Source of the DNA: Candidatus Cloacimonadales bacterium
GTDB taxonomy: Bacteria; Cloacimonadota; Cloacimonadia; Cloacimonadales; JAFGVF01
Direction: 5' to 3'
NCBI GenBank assembly: GCA_963677495.2
Contig: CAXXOU010000003.1
Coordinates: 448,001-512,000, forward strand
Length of the DNA: 64,000 bases
The position numbers and the translations under genes are program-made. The notes below the pieces were generated by a model. It ran no database searches. It was not told the origin of the DNA and was given only the letters and a program-made list of their open reading frames with translations. Below, one piece after another: positions 19,091 to 29,147 of the stretch. The first letter of the stretch is position 1; each line of letters opens with the position of its first letter.

Positions 19091-21550
19091 TTAGTGTTTG
19101 GATGTGTCTACTGTCTTAAATTCCATATTCTTCAACTTCTTGAGCTGAATTATTGTGAACCCCATTAACATCATTCCTAACATCCAGGCCATGGTAGTAG
19201 CAATGCCAAATTTAAGATAGAGATATGCTCTTTCGAAGATTAGCAGGTCTGCGACTTTTGTAGCTTCATTCGGGCCACCGAAAGTCATAACAAGGATAAA
19301 TCCGCTCTGTTGAGCAGATGCTATAAAAGCAGCTATAAACTGCATTATAATTAAAGCTTTCAAGCTTGGCACAACAATGTGACTCAGCTTCTGGAAGAAG
19401 TTGGCTCCATCAATATCTGCAGCATCGTAGAGATCATCCGGAATACCTTTTAAGGCTGCCAGATAGATTAGACAACCGGGCCCTACTCCTGCCCAAATGG
19501 ACGGTATCACAGTGCAAAGCATAGCCAGTGATTCATCTTTTATCCACTTACTCTTTTCCAGACCAAACCACATAAGGATCTGGTTTAGTCCCCCTGCATC
19601 AGATGGGTCATACAGAAGTTTCCAAAGGTAGATAACAATCACACCACTAACAACTGCAGGTAGGTAATAGATAACTCGATAGATAATTTTACCATGTGAA
19701 ACTTCCTGAAGCAATATTGCTAAAATGATAGGAGGACAGAATCCAAGACCAAGTGAGATAGCCATGTAGTAGAGAGTTCTTCCAAGTGATGCCCACCAAA
19801 CCGGATCGAAGAGTACATCAGCAAAGTTCTGTAAGCCAATCCACTCAGATGCTCCTACAAGTTGATAATCCTGGAAAGCCATCATTGAACCCATAAGCAC
19901 AGGTATATACTTCCAAAGGATAATTGATGCTATAGCAGGAAGAATCATTAAGTATGGCAACCATCTCATGCGGTTCTTCTTCTTAACTGTCCATGTTTTA
20001 TCAGGTGTAAAATACTTCCATATATGAATAAGACTGGCAATGAAAGCTGCAAAGATAATAATAGCAACAACTACTGCTACATTGTTTCTTCGCTTTCTCT
20101 CTTCCGGAGTGATCTTACCAATCATCTCCTTGTTAGTACGCATAGCACCCTTATCAAGGAGTTCACGAATCTTAGCTCTTTTCTCTTCCGGAGTTTTACC
20201 AAGCTGGTTATTCTCTTCAAGGGAGATACACTTTTCTACCGGTACAGTCATGAACTCATATACTTTCTGTGTGTTACGACCATACGGTTCAGGTTTACCA
20301 TTCTTGATAGCTTCTTCAAAGGTCTCAATCCAGCCTTGAGGGACATACTTCAAGTACTCATCATATCCATATCGTTTAAGATAAAGAGGGTTTTGAAGCC
20401 TACCGTAACCGGCTTCAATCATCACTTTCAATCTTATCTGCCTTGCCTCTTCACTATCGAAGAACTTGATATATTTAAAAGCAGCTTCTTTAACCTTTTG
20501 AGGGTCTCTATCACCAAGACCGGCATTGTTACTTTCTCCTGCACCTGCAAATATACCCATCATTCGACAATTAATCTCAGAACCTCTGACTCCGGTAGGT
20601 CCAATAGGGCATGGTGCTAATCCAAACAGGTTCGGATCCAGGTTACCACCAAGTGACTGTTGGTTCATATAACCCATTCGCATGCCAATTTTACCTTCAT
20701 CCCATTTACGTCCCCAATCACCGTCACGGATTACAAAACCCATCTGGGGGTTACCGGATGAATCAGTCCATCTGGTAGTGAGAAGTTTAAGATAGAATTC
20801 CATTGCCATAACACCAGCTTCAGAGTTGAAAGCAGCAAGCCACTCATCAGTCTCATGATCTTTCATAACAGCTTCTCCACCGGCACTCCACAAATAGGTT
20901 ATCCAGTCATATGCTGCTTGGGGACCTGATGCTAAGAACATTCCAAATGCTCCCTCTTCCGGGATGGTCATCTGTCGACTATAATCTAGCAGTTCATTCC
21001 AGTCTTTTGGAGGTCTAGTAGGGTCTAAGCCTACTTTTGCAAAGAAGTCCTTTCGGTACATCATAACTCTAACGAGTGTTTCGTAAGGTAAGCACCAAAA
21101 GTGTTCCTCTTTTTCACCGAACTTCTTGCGTTTTACAACCGGCATCACCGGTTTCTCAATACGAAGATTAAGCTCTTCCTCAGTAAATTGGTCCATGAAT
21201 TCATCAAGTGGATGTAAGAAGTTGCTTTCAATGTATGTGGCTGATTGTCTGAAATTAACATAAATAATGTCAGGTGAAACTCCACCTGCAATAGCCATCA
21301 GAGGACCGGCATCCAAATCCATGTTTTCTATTTTTATTCCGGAATATGACCTTAGCTCAATGTTGGGATACTTCTTCTGAAACGCTTTTACTACTTCAAG
21401 ATTTGCTTTACTATAGGGACTATTATCACGGGGATCAGGTAAATCAAACACCTTAACAATAATTTTGTCATCTGAGTTACCGGTTTCAGCGAATAGAGTT
21501 GTAAATAGTAATATTACAACCAGGGCAAGAATTGCCTTGGATATCCTCAT
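19091..21550 (-). CDS. Fused extracellular solute-binding protein (family 1) + MalF-like sugar ABC permease
   Basis: Signal peptide; SBP motifs AIAGGVSPDI, YRKDFFAKVG, PPKDWNEL; C-terminal TMs with WIGLQNF, YLAALKGIPDDLYDAADIDGA. Confidence 0.9.
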   Translation of the reverse strand: MRISKAILALVVILLFTTLFAETGNSDDKIIVKVFDLPDPRDNSPYSKANLEVVKAFQKKYPNIELRSYSGIKIENMDLDAGPLMAIAGGVSPDIIYVNFRQSATYIESNFLHPLDEFMDQFTEEELNLRIEKPVMPVVKRKKFGEKEEHFWCLPYETLVRVMMYRKDFFAKVGLDPTRPPKDWNELLDYSRQMTIPEEGAFGMFLASGPQAAYDWITYLWSAGGEAVMKDHETDEWLAAFNSEAGVMAMEFYLKLLTTRWTDSSGNPQMGFVIRDGDWGRKWDEGKIGMRMGYMNQQSLGGNLDPNLFGLAPCPIGPTGVRGSEINCRMMGIFAGAGESNNAGLGDRDPQKVKEAAFKYIKFFDSEEARQIRLKVMIEAGYGRLQNPLYLKRYGYDEYLKYVPQGWIETFEEAIKNGKPEPYGRNTQKVYEFMTVPVEKCISLEENNQLGKTPEEKRAKIRELLDKGAMRTNKEMIGKITPEERKRRNNVAVVVAIIIFAAFIASLIHIWKYFTPDKTWTVKKKNRMRWLPYLMILPAIASIILWKYIPVLMGSMMAFQDYQLVGASEWIGLQNFADVLFDPVWWASLGRTLYYMAISLGLGFCPPIILAILLQEVSHGKIIYRVIYYLPAVVSGVIVIYLWKLLYDPSDAGGLNQILMWFGLEKSKWIKDESLAMLCTVIPSIWAGVGPGCLIYLAALKGIPDDLYDAADIDGANFFQKLSHIVVPSLKALIIMQFIAAFIASAQQSGFILVMTFGGPNEATKVADLLIFERAYLYLKFGIATTMAWMLGMMLMGFTIIQLKKLKNMEFKTVDTSKH

Positions 21551-21640
21551 TAATAAATCCTCATCTTAAAATAGTTTAAATAAGAAGATTAAGCTCACAA
21601 TAACTGCGTCATTAAAGCTGATAATCCCCTTGTTGTTCGA

Positions 21641-21669
21641 AATATGTTAATTTCTTTTCATACTGTCAA
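21641..21669 (-). promoter_or_regulatory. Putative sigma70-type promoter of the ABC operon
   Basis: TTGACA-N17-CATATT on the - strand, about 90 nt upstream of ATG 21550. Confidence 0.45.
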
Positions 21670-21875
21670 CTAATATCTGGGAATTGTTAAAGATAGTTTC
21701 AATACATGTCTAAATTCCAGCAACTTACATTGAAAAACAAAAATCATTGCTCCTCTTATACCACTCTTCAAGTAGACATCATCTATTTCCCCGTTAAAAT
21801 GATGTTTCACAAATTTGTGCCTTCTTCTTCCCTTCCAGTCCCGTGCCTACGACAAGTTTTCCAGAAATATTCAAG

Positions 21876-21896
21876 TTATCCACATCATGTGGATAA
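21876..21896. promoter_or_regulatory. Inverted pair of perfect DnaA boxes
   Basis: TTATCCACA-tca-TGTGGATAA. Confidence 0.5.
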
Positions 21897-21908
21897 ATAA
21901 TGCCATTC

Positions 21909-21963
21909 CACGAGAGGGTCACGAGAGGGTCACCTGTGGGAGACCTATGAAACACCTTTGTAA
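21909..21963. repeat. 5 x 11-bp imperfect tandem array
   Basis: cacgagagggt/cacgagagggt/cacctgtggga/gacctatgaaa/cacctttgtaa. Confidence 0.7.
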
Positions 21964-22174
21964 TTCAGGGGAATGGAAGGGAAGTAGAAGGAAAAAACAG
22001 TTAAGAAAAAAGTTGAGAAACAAGATTGGAACGATTTAATTTACTTGAATTTTTAGGACTACTATTGCAAAAAAGAGAGTGATGAGCCTTTAATATAGAC
22101 GATAATTGATGATAATAATTGACATAATTCCTAGAGAATTAAGATGAGATAATACAGATTAAATGGAGCTTAAA

Positions 22175-23320
22175 ATGAAAAAGACTTTAATATTTTTGCT
22201 ATTAGTGCTTAGTACAATGCTTGTCGCATTAAATAATGACAATTACATACCTAATGATGGTATTATCACTTTGAACGAGAGAACTCCTGGTGAGATGGAA
22301 GTTACTGTGCGAACTACTACACATAATGGAGCATATGCACCACGTCATTGCTTTGCTTTATGGATTACAAATGACTCTGATACATTTGTGAAAACTCTTG
22401 AACGTAAAGCTCTTAGTTATATGCAGCACCTTGTAAAGTTCAATCAAATGACCGGAGGAAATAGTGTTGGTGCCGTTACAGGAGCATCTTTGAACTACCA
22501 TACTACTCACAACTTAACATGGGATGGTAATGATTACAATGGTAATGAAGTCCCTGACGGTACTTACAGAATCTATATTGAGTTTACAGAATCTAACTCA
22601 TTGTTCGGAAATGTACCTGATGGTCCTTGGACAATGCTTGAGTTTGAAAAAGGAACTGAATCTTATGAAATCAATTCTGACATTGATACATATTTCCATG
22701 ACTTAAGTGTTGATTATACTGCTTTGCTTCCAGTTACTATGATGAATTTTGCAGCACAAGCCGAGAATGATCTTGTACGTGTTGCTTGGCAAGCTGTTGA
22801 ATCCAATTTAGCAGGTTATAACATCTATAGAAGTTTAACTGATAATATGAACGATGCTGTTGCAATCACATCGAATCTTATACCGGCGCAGAATATGGAT
22901 GTACCTGCAAACTACACTTTTGAAGATAATAACGTTGAAGCAGACAACACTTACTATTATTGGTTAGAAGCAATGGCAAATGATGCAAGTTCATACTTCT
23001 TCGGACCTGTGAGTGTACTTTATAGTCCAGTTTCAAATGATGAGAATGTGAATACAGTTTCTTTAGCCGAAGTGAACAACTACCCAAATCCTTTCAATCC
23101 AGAGACAACAATTAGCTTTAATCAAGAAGTTGCCGGCAGAGTGGTTGTAAAAGTTTACAATACAAAAGGGCAGTTGATAGAAACTATCGCAGATAGAAAC
23201 TTCCCTCAAGGTAAAAGCAGTGTTGTATTCAAAGCAGATGGAATGGCTTCAGGTGTATATTATTACAGTGTAGAATCCGGCTCAAACTTAATCTGGAACA
23301 GTATGGTTTTAGTTAAGTAA
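22175..23320 (+). CDS. Secreted DUF2271-like domain protein with T9SS-type-A C-terminal domain
   Basis: Signal peptide; YAPRHCFALWI...FVKTL, AVTGASL, WDG...VPDGTYRIYIEFTE; NYPNPFNPETTISF...ASGVYYY; start ATG 22175 with GGAG RBS. Confidence 0.82.
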   Translation: MKKTLIFLLLVLSTMLVALNNDNYIPNDGIITLNERTPGEMEVTVRTTTHNGAYAPRHCFALWITNDSDTFVKTLERKALSYMQHLVKFNQMTGGNSVGAVTGASLNYHTTHNLTWDGNDYNGNEVPDGTYRIYIEFTESNSLFGNVPDGPWTMLEFEKGTESYEINSDIDTYFHDLSVDYTALLPVTMMNFAAQAENDLVRVAWQAVESNLAGYNIYRSLTDNMNDAVAITSNLIPAQNMDVPANYTFEDNNVEADNTYYYWLEAMANDASSYFFGPVSVLYSPVSNDENVNTVSLAEVNNYPNPFNPETTISFNQEVAGRVVVKVYNTKGQLIETIADRNFPQGKSSVVFKADGMASGVYYYSVESGSNLIWNSMVLVK

Positions 23321-23342
23321 ACTTAAGACATTAATCAATTTT

Positions 23343-23376
23343 GAAAGAGTTTGTTATGCAAACTCTTTCTTTTTTT
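23343..23376 (+). terminator. Intrinsic terminator
   Basis: GAAAGAGTTTG-TTATG-CAAACTCTTTC followed by T7. Confidence 0.85.
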
Positions 23377-23462
23377 AAAAGTAAGTTTGCTATATGATAA
23401 AATTTATTAACATTTCCCTTGCCTTTCTGTTTTAAATTCGGGAGATTTGAATTAAATTATTT

Positions 23463-23915
23463 ATGAGAGTGAAAATGATATTAAAGTTAACAAATGAAGC
23501 GGAGACAACCAAGTTAGCAGAGCTTTCCGCTAAACTATTAAAACCCGGAGATTTAGTGTTCTTATATGGAGAACTTGGAGCCGGGAAAACATTTTATACG
23601 AGACACTTGTGTTCATTCATGGGTGTGACAGAAAACGTTAGTAGTCCATCCTATGTTTTGCTGAACCAGTATAAGGGTGAAGGATTCATGGTAAATCACC
23701 TTGATCTATACAGGTTAGGAGATGTGGATGAAGTTTTTGCTTTAGGCATTACTGATTTTTTATCAGATAATCTAACAATCGTTGAATGGCCTTTATTAGC
23801 AGAAGAGATATTACCCGAACCTGCAATAAAGCTCTCTTTCAAATATGATGGTGAGAGTCGAGAAGTTGAAATTGAAGGTAAGTACAAGACAGAATTGGAG
23901 GAGTTATGGAGCTAA
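23463..23915 (+). CDS. tsaE: tRNA threonylcarbamoyladenosine biosynthesis ATPase TsaE
   Basis: LYGELGAGKT, VSSPSYVL, HLDLYRL, IVEWP (alternative start 23475). Confidence 0.93.
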   Translation: MRVKMILKLTNEAETTKLAELSAKLLKPGDLVFLYGELGAGKTFYTRHLCSFMGVTENVSSPSYVLLNQYKGEGFMVNHLDLYRLGDVDEVFALGITDFLSDNLTIVEWPLLAEEILPEPAIKLSFKYDGESREVEIEGKYKTELEELWS

Positions 23916-25756
23916 AAAAAGAGTTAGGGTTCTTTGAAGTTTTCAGCATAGCTTCCGGAGCTATGATAAGCTCAGGTATTTTTATTTTACCTGGTATTGC
24001 CTATCAACTTGCAGGTCCTTCGATATTTATCTCTTACTTTCTTGCAGGTCTTCTTGCGATGACAGGTGTTTTTAGTATCGCAGAACTGGCTACTGCAATG
24101 CCTAAAGCCGGAGGAGACTATTTCTTTATAACTAGAAGTCTTGGGGCATCTGTTGGTACAGTTTCAGGTCTTTTAAGTTGGTTTGCCCTATCCCTAAAAA
24201 GTGCCTTTGGTATTATCGGTATTGTTTTCGTTCTAAAGATGATTGTACCGGGAATTAATCCTCAATTGTTCAGTGTCATCTTTGCTGCGGGATTCGTTGG
24301 ATTAAATCTCGTCGGTGTTAAAGAAGCCGGGAAGTTCCAGGCAATACTTGTTGTTTGCTTGTTCCTGTTGATGCTAACATATATCTTGGCAGGTCTAGGT
24401 AAAATTAATGTAGAGAACTTTGTACCATTCACTCCTGTTGGGAAAGGTTATAGTACAATATTCTCCACTGCAGGATTCGTATTTGTATCATATGGTGGTC
24501 TTTTGAAAATCGCTAGTATGAGTGAAGAGATTAAAGACCCTAAAAAGAACATACCATTCGCTTTAATCAGCTCATTGGTTGTGGCAATAATCCTTTATTC
24601 TTTCATGCTTCTTATAACTGTTGGTGTTATGGGTGATAAACTTATTCTTCCTGAAAACATCGAAACACCGATAGCTCAAGCATCCAGAATGATTCTGGGT
24701 AACTTTGGTTATTGGGCTATCACAGTTGCATCTATGCTCGCCTTTATTACAACTGCTAATGCAGGTATTATGGCAGCTTCAAGATATCCTCTTGCTTTAG
24801 GAAGAGATGAACTTGTGCCTAAATTCTTAGCTAAAACTGATAAGCGAAGTGCTCCTTATGTTTCAATTATCATTACCGGTGCTTTCATTGTCTTAGCATT
24901 ATTAGTTGACCTGAATATTCTTGTAAAAGCAGCTTCGACAGTGATTATTATGAACTATATACTCTCCCATATATCTGTAATGATATTAAGAGAGAGTAGA
25001 ATGCAGAACTATAAGCCAAGCTTTAAGTCACCACTATATCCATGGGTACAGTTTATCGGGATTATAGCCTTTATCTTGCTTATTGGTGATATGGGTTCAA
25101 AAGCGATTCTCATTAGTGTCGGCTTAATAGTAATTGGTTTCATCATATATATGGCGTATGGAAGAAAACGTTCTAATCAAGAGTATGCTTTATTGCATCT
25201 TGCTGAACGCATGATGAATAAGAAGCTGACAAGTTATAACCTTGAATCTGAGCTTAAAGAGATACTTTATCAGCGAGATGAAATTGATAAAGATAGCTTT
25301 GATTACCTTGTGGAGAACTCATTAGTAATGGATATTGATGAAAAACTCAATGTTGATGAGTTGTTTAAAAAGATATCGCAGAAAATGAGTGAACATATGA
25401 AGCTTGAAGAGAGTGTAGTGCTAAAATCACTTAATGAACGAGAAGCACAAAGCCCAACAGCATTGACTCCGTTCTTGGCAGTTCCTCACCTTATTCTTGA
25501 GGGAGAAAACAGGTTCCAGATAATGCTGATAAGAACAAAGAACGGTACTAACTACTCTGAAATGTATGGAGAGGTCAAAGCCATTTTCGTCCTTGCCGGT
25601 ACAATGGATAGAAGAAATCAACATCTTCGAGCCCTTGCTTCAATAGCTCAGGTTGTACATCATAAAGACTTTGAAGAGCGTTGGCTTGCTGCTCGAGGAA
25701 CTCAGGAAATAAAAGATCTCGTTCTTCTAAGTGAACGAAATAGGAAAGGTGTATAA
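23906..25756 (+). CDS. APC-family amino acid permease fused to a C-terminal PTS EIIA (Fru/Ntr-type) domain
   Basis: GAMISSGIFILPG, ELATAMPKAGGDY, ~12 TM segments; C-terminal EREAQSPTALTPFLAVPH...HLRALASIAQ. Confidence 0.88.
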   Translation: MELKKELGFFEVFSIASGAMISSGIFILPGIAYQLAGPSIFISYFLAGLLAMTGVFSIAELATAMPKAGGDYFFITRSLGASVGTVSGLLSWFALSLKSAFGIIGIVFVLKMIVPGINPQLFSVIFAAGFVGLNLVGVKEAGKFQAILVVCLFLLMLTYILAGLGKINVENFVPFTPVGKGYSTIFSTAGFVFVSYGGLLKIASMSEEIKDPKKNIPFALISSLVVAIILYSFMLLITVGVMGDKLILPENIETPIAQASRMILGNFGYWAITVASMLAFITTANAGIMAASRYPLALGRDELVPKFLAKTDKRSAPYVSIIITGAFIVLALLVDLNILVKAASTVIIMNYILSHISVMILRESRMQNYKPSFKSPLYPWVQFIGIIAFILLIGDMGSKAILISVGLIVIGFIIYMAYGRKRSNQEYALLHLAERMMNKKLTSYNLESELKEILYQRDEIDKDSFDYLVENSLVMDIDEKLNVDELFKKISQKMSEHMKLEESVVLKSLNEREAQSPTALTPFLAVPHLILEGENRFQIMLIRTKNGTNYSEMYGEVKAIFVLAGTMDRRNQHLRALASIAQVVHHKDFEERWLAARGTQEIKDLVLLSERNRKGV

Positions 25757-26904
25757 TGAAGAAACTATCAGTGTTTATGTTTATTGATGCTTTAGGATGG
25801 GAGATCGTGAAGAAACATCAGTTCTTAGAAGAACTTTTACCCTACCGTAATAAAGTGAAAATGCAATTCGGTTATTCCTGCACTGCTATTCCTACTATAC
25901 TGACCGGGCAGACACCGGAAGTACATAAACATCTGAGTTTCTATTATTATAACCCCAATGATTCACCTTTTAAAGCATTTAAACTGCTTAAATTCCTTCC
26001 TGGAGTGATCTTTGATCGCTGGAGATTCAGACATATCTTTTCTAAGATTATTGCTAAAGCTTACAGATATACCGGTTACTTTGAAATGTATGCTATGCCG
26101 TTTGATAGATTACCTTACTTTGACTACATTGAGAAAACTGACCTGTTTGTTCCCGGAGGTTTATCTCCTGTACCTAATCTTGCAGATAGGCTTGAGGAAG
26201 CTGGATTACGATATCATATTTCCAATTGGAGATTATCTGAAGAGGAGAATGTTTCGAGCTTGATTAAAGATGTCTCCGAGCAAAAGATAGATTTTGCCTT
26301 TCTTTATACTGCTGCAATGGATGGTCTTTTGCATCAGGTTACCAAAGATGGAAAAGAGGTAAGGCAGAAACTTGATTGGTATGCTGAGAAGATCTATGCT
26401 CTTACTCAAGAGATGGAAAAGAATTATGATGATTATAACCTATTCATAATTTCTGACCACGGTATGACTACATTAACAGAAACTGTTGATGCTAAAAAGA
26501 TTGTGGAAGCATTACCATTGAGATACGGGAAGGATTATGTAGCTGTTTATGACTCAACTATGATTCATTTCTATTACTTCAATGATAATGCCAGAAAATT
26601 GATTAAGGATGTGATTCCTTCAATTCCATTTTCAAAGCTTCTCAAAAAGGAAGACAAAGTTAGGTATGGTATCGATTTCCCTGATAATATGTATGGAGAA
26701 GATATTGTCTTGATGGATGCAGGCGTGCAAATTGCACCTTCCGATATGGGTAGAAGTACTTTACCCGGGATGCATGGTTTTGCTCCGGAACATGAAGATT
26801 CTTATGCCAGTTTTCTCTCAAACAAGAAAGTAGATAAAGAACCTGAATGGGTAGGAAATTACTTTGATATTATGATGGACGAAATAGAGAACTTAAAGAA
26901 ATAA
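25756..26904 (+). CDS. Alkaline phosphatase superfamily protein (nucleotide pyrophosphatase/phosphodiesterase type)
   Basis: FIDALGW, YSCTAIPTILTG, MDGLLH, ISDHGM, GMHGF. Confidence 0.8.
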   Translation: MKKLSVFMFIDALGWEIVKKHQFLEELLPYRNKVKMQFGYSCTAIPTILTGQTPEVHKHLSFYYYNPNDSPFKAFKLLKFLPGVIFDRWRFRHIFSKIIAKAYRYTGYFEMYAMPFDRLPYFDYIEKTDLFVPGGLSPVPNLADRLEEAGLRYHISNWRLSEEENVSSLIKDVSEQKIDFAFLYTAAMDGLLHQVTKDGKEVRQKLDWYAEKIYALTQEMEKNYDDYNLFIISDHGMTTLTETVDAKKIVEALPLRYGKDYVAVYDSTMIHFYYFNDNARKLIKDVIPSIPFSKLLKKEDKVRYGIDFPDNMYGEDIVLMDAGVQIAPSDMGRSTLPGMHGFAPEHEDSYASFLSNKKVDKEPEWVGNYFDIMMDEIENLKK

Positions 26905-26916
26905 CATAAAGTTTAT

Positions 26917-26953
26917 AAAAAAAAAGCAGGTCAATCCGACCTGCTATTTTTTT
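26917..26953. terminator. Bidirectional intrinsic terminator
   Basis: A9-GCAGGTC-AATCC-GACCTGC-T-rich tail between convergent genes. Confidence 0.85.
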
Positions 26954-26964
26954 ATCTGTAGTTG

Positions 26965-28227
26965 TTAATATTTGTATGTAAGGGATAATGCAATAGACAT
27001 GATATCCATTTGGTAAGTACCAGGCATTTCTGCACCATATTCCATAACAGCGTCTCTTTCGTTACCAAACAAATACTCGAAACCGAAGTCAGCTGCAAGC
27101 ACATCATTGTGGAAGCCAAAACCGGTTGTTACTGCGTGATAAGTATGTGAAGGGAACAGAATATTGATTGTTTCATTTGGAGCAGGAGAAGGGTCATAAT
27201 AGTACCCTAAACGTAAATCCCACATATTATGTACAGCAAACTCATTACCAATTCTGTATTGTGTTGCATCCACCCAATCCATATGAGTATGCTTAACCCT
27301 GTCATCAATGCCTGCACCATTTAAAGTACTATCAAAATCAAGTTCAGTTTTTAGTTCATCCATTATTGACCATTCAGTATATTGAACATCCGCTGAAAGT
27401 GTCCAGAAAGGCTTAACTTTAATAGCTGTACCAAAACCAAGCATCATAGGCCAAGTTACGTAACGTGTCATCTCTGCATTCATAGTTGTATAGCCACCTG
27501 TTCCATTAGGAGCTATAAGCTCTACATCATCTTGTGTGAATGCAAAATGTACAGGAGAACGATATGTGGCACCAATACTAAACTCATTACTGAAATCATA
27601 TTTAAGACCTAAATTTACACCAAAACCGGTACCTGTTGACTCTTCATTATACTGAGTATCAATTAGACCATCCATGTCCATATCGTCGCCCATATGGAGT
27701 TCCATTATGCCATAGCTAACTTCAGCTGTTGCACCTAAAGATAATTTATCTGTAGCTTGATAAGCAATTGAAGGTCCAAAATGAGCAACCATTACTTGGC
27801 TTTCCCAATCAAAAACTTTATTCAATGCCGGTAAATTCAAGTTAGTAAGATTAGCGCCATCCCATTCAGCACCAATAGCCGAAGGAACGCATAAACCTAA
27901 ACCAATGGCCATTTGTTCATTGAGTTTGTGATTCCAGAAAGCAAATGGAGGTGGATAGTGATTAGCTTCTGTTTCAGCATCAATCATAGCAGCTTGATTT
28001 TCATATGTTAATGTAGGTATAATATCATGTACACCTAACTGAATATGGTTTCCCTGTGATGCCAATCCGGCAGGATTCCAGTAAAAAGCAGTAGGGTCAT
28101 CAGCTAAACCTACCATTGCACCACCCATACCAAAGGCACGAGCTCCAACGGTATTGAGATTAAATCCATTTGCGAAAATTGAGAAACAAATTGTAACAGT
28201 TAACAATACTAATAACATTTTTTTCAT
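26965..28227 (-). CDS. OmpP1/FadL family outer membrane transporter
   Basis: Signal peptide, then NGF...VGARAFGMGGA...ADDPTAFYWNPAGL; LRLGYYYDPSPAP; C-terminal LTYKY; start ATG 28227. Confidence 0.88.
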   Translation of the reverse strand: MKKMLLVLLTVTICFSIFANGFNLNTVGARAFGMGGAMVGLADDPTAFYWNPAGLASQGNHIQLGVHDIIPTLTYENQAAMIDAETEANHYPPPFAFWNHKLNEQMAIGLGLCVPSAIGAEWDGANLTNLNLPALNKVFDWESQVMVAHFGPSIAYQATDKLSLGATAEVSYGIMELHMGDDMDMDGLIDTQYNEESTGTGFGVNLGLKYDFSNEFSIGATYRSPVHFAFTQDDVELIAPNGTGGYTTMNAEMTRYVTWPMMLGFGTAIKVKPFWTLSADVQYTEWSIMDELKTELDFDSTLNGAGIDDRVKHTHMDWVDATQYRIGNEFAVHNMWDLRLGYYYDPSPAPNETINILFPSHTYHAVTTGFGFHNDVLAADFGFEYLFGNERDAVMEYGAEMPGTYQMDIMSIALSLTYKY

Positions 28228-29047
28228 TGTGTAAACTCCTTTTTTCATGTCCCTTTTTTGTAAGTTATGAACTTAACATGACAATATAACTGAACTAACT
28301 TCATATTGTAAACAAATAAGTTAAGAAATTATAAGGAATCCCATTAGCATTAATGGCTTTCTACTTGCGTATTAATTAGTTACGTTGTATACAATTAATG
28401 GATTCAATTCAGAATTATTTACTTTACAATAAGCAAAATTACTTGAGCTCATATATTGCTGTCACTAATTTGACTACAGTAAACAATTTCAAATGTGATA
28501 TTCTTTCGAGGCAAAACCACTGGCATGCCACATCTGATTAAGACTTGAACAAGTTGTATTTCTTGTACGATTTAGAAGATGCAGTGAAATCACTTTGAGA
28601 AAACTGATAAGCTTTGAAATGTATCCATTCCTCCAATATTTCATCCCCCTCATTCCACTATCATAATTCAACACTGTTGGTTCCTACTTCCTGATGAGTC
28701 TCTTGGGCATCACTTGGGTAAAATGATTAGAGAGTATCCGGAACTTCTCAAGTTTTTGATGTGCTAAGATTAGCAATTAAGATAGTGCAGTGAATAGGAA
28801 AGTGGAGTATAGCAAAATTCTGTTAAAAATAGAGGATAATTTGGATAAAATTCCACAGATTATAGAAATTTCACCAATAATTAGTTTGTTTCCATTATGC
28901 AGGCTATTTTTAATTGTTGCGTAAACTCTTGGGGTTAAATGATATATTAATTATAATGTAATTGGAATATAAACTGCAATGATATATTGTGACATTAATA
29001 TCACTGTCTAAATTTTGATGTCGGCGAGAGGGTTTAGTAATAAACAT

Positions 29048-29087
29048 ACCATTTATCTCCACACTCCCCGGAGATAAATGGTTTTTT
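29048..29087 (+). terminator. Intrinsic terminator on the + strand (no + strand gene upstream)
   Basis: ACCATTTATCTCC-loop-GGAGATAAATGGT followed by a T-run. Confidence 0.65.
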
Positions 29088-29092
29088 ATATT

Positions 29093-29125
29093 AAAAAAAG
29101 GGATAAGCATTTCTGCTTATCCCTT
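29093..29125 (-). terminator. Intrinsic terminator closing the polysaccharide operon
   Basis: AAGGGATAAGCA-GAAA-TGCTTATCCCTT then a T-run on the - strand. Confidence 0.85.
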
Positions 29126-29147
29126 AAATAGATATCAATTAAAACAC

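Noticed and set aside
20024..20620. 198-aa + strand ORF (and similar antisense ORFs such as 46752-47276, 11560-11898, 62776-63201)
   Set aside because: They lie antisense to well-supported genes or over repeats and show no motifs; treated as shadow ORFs.
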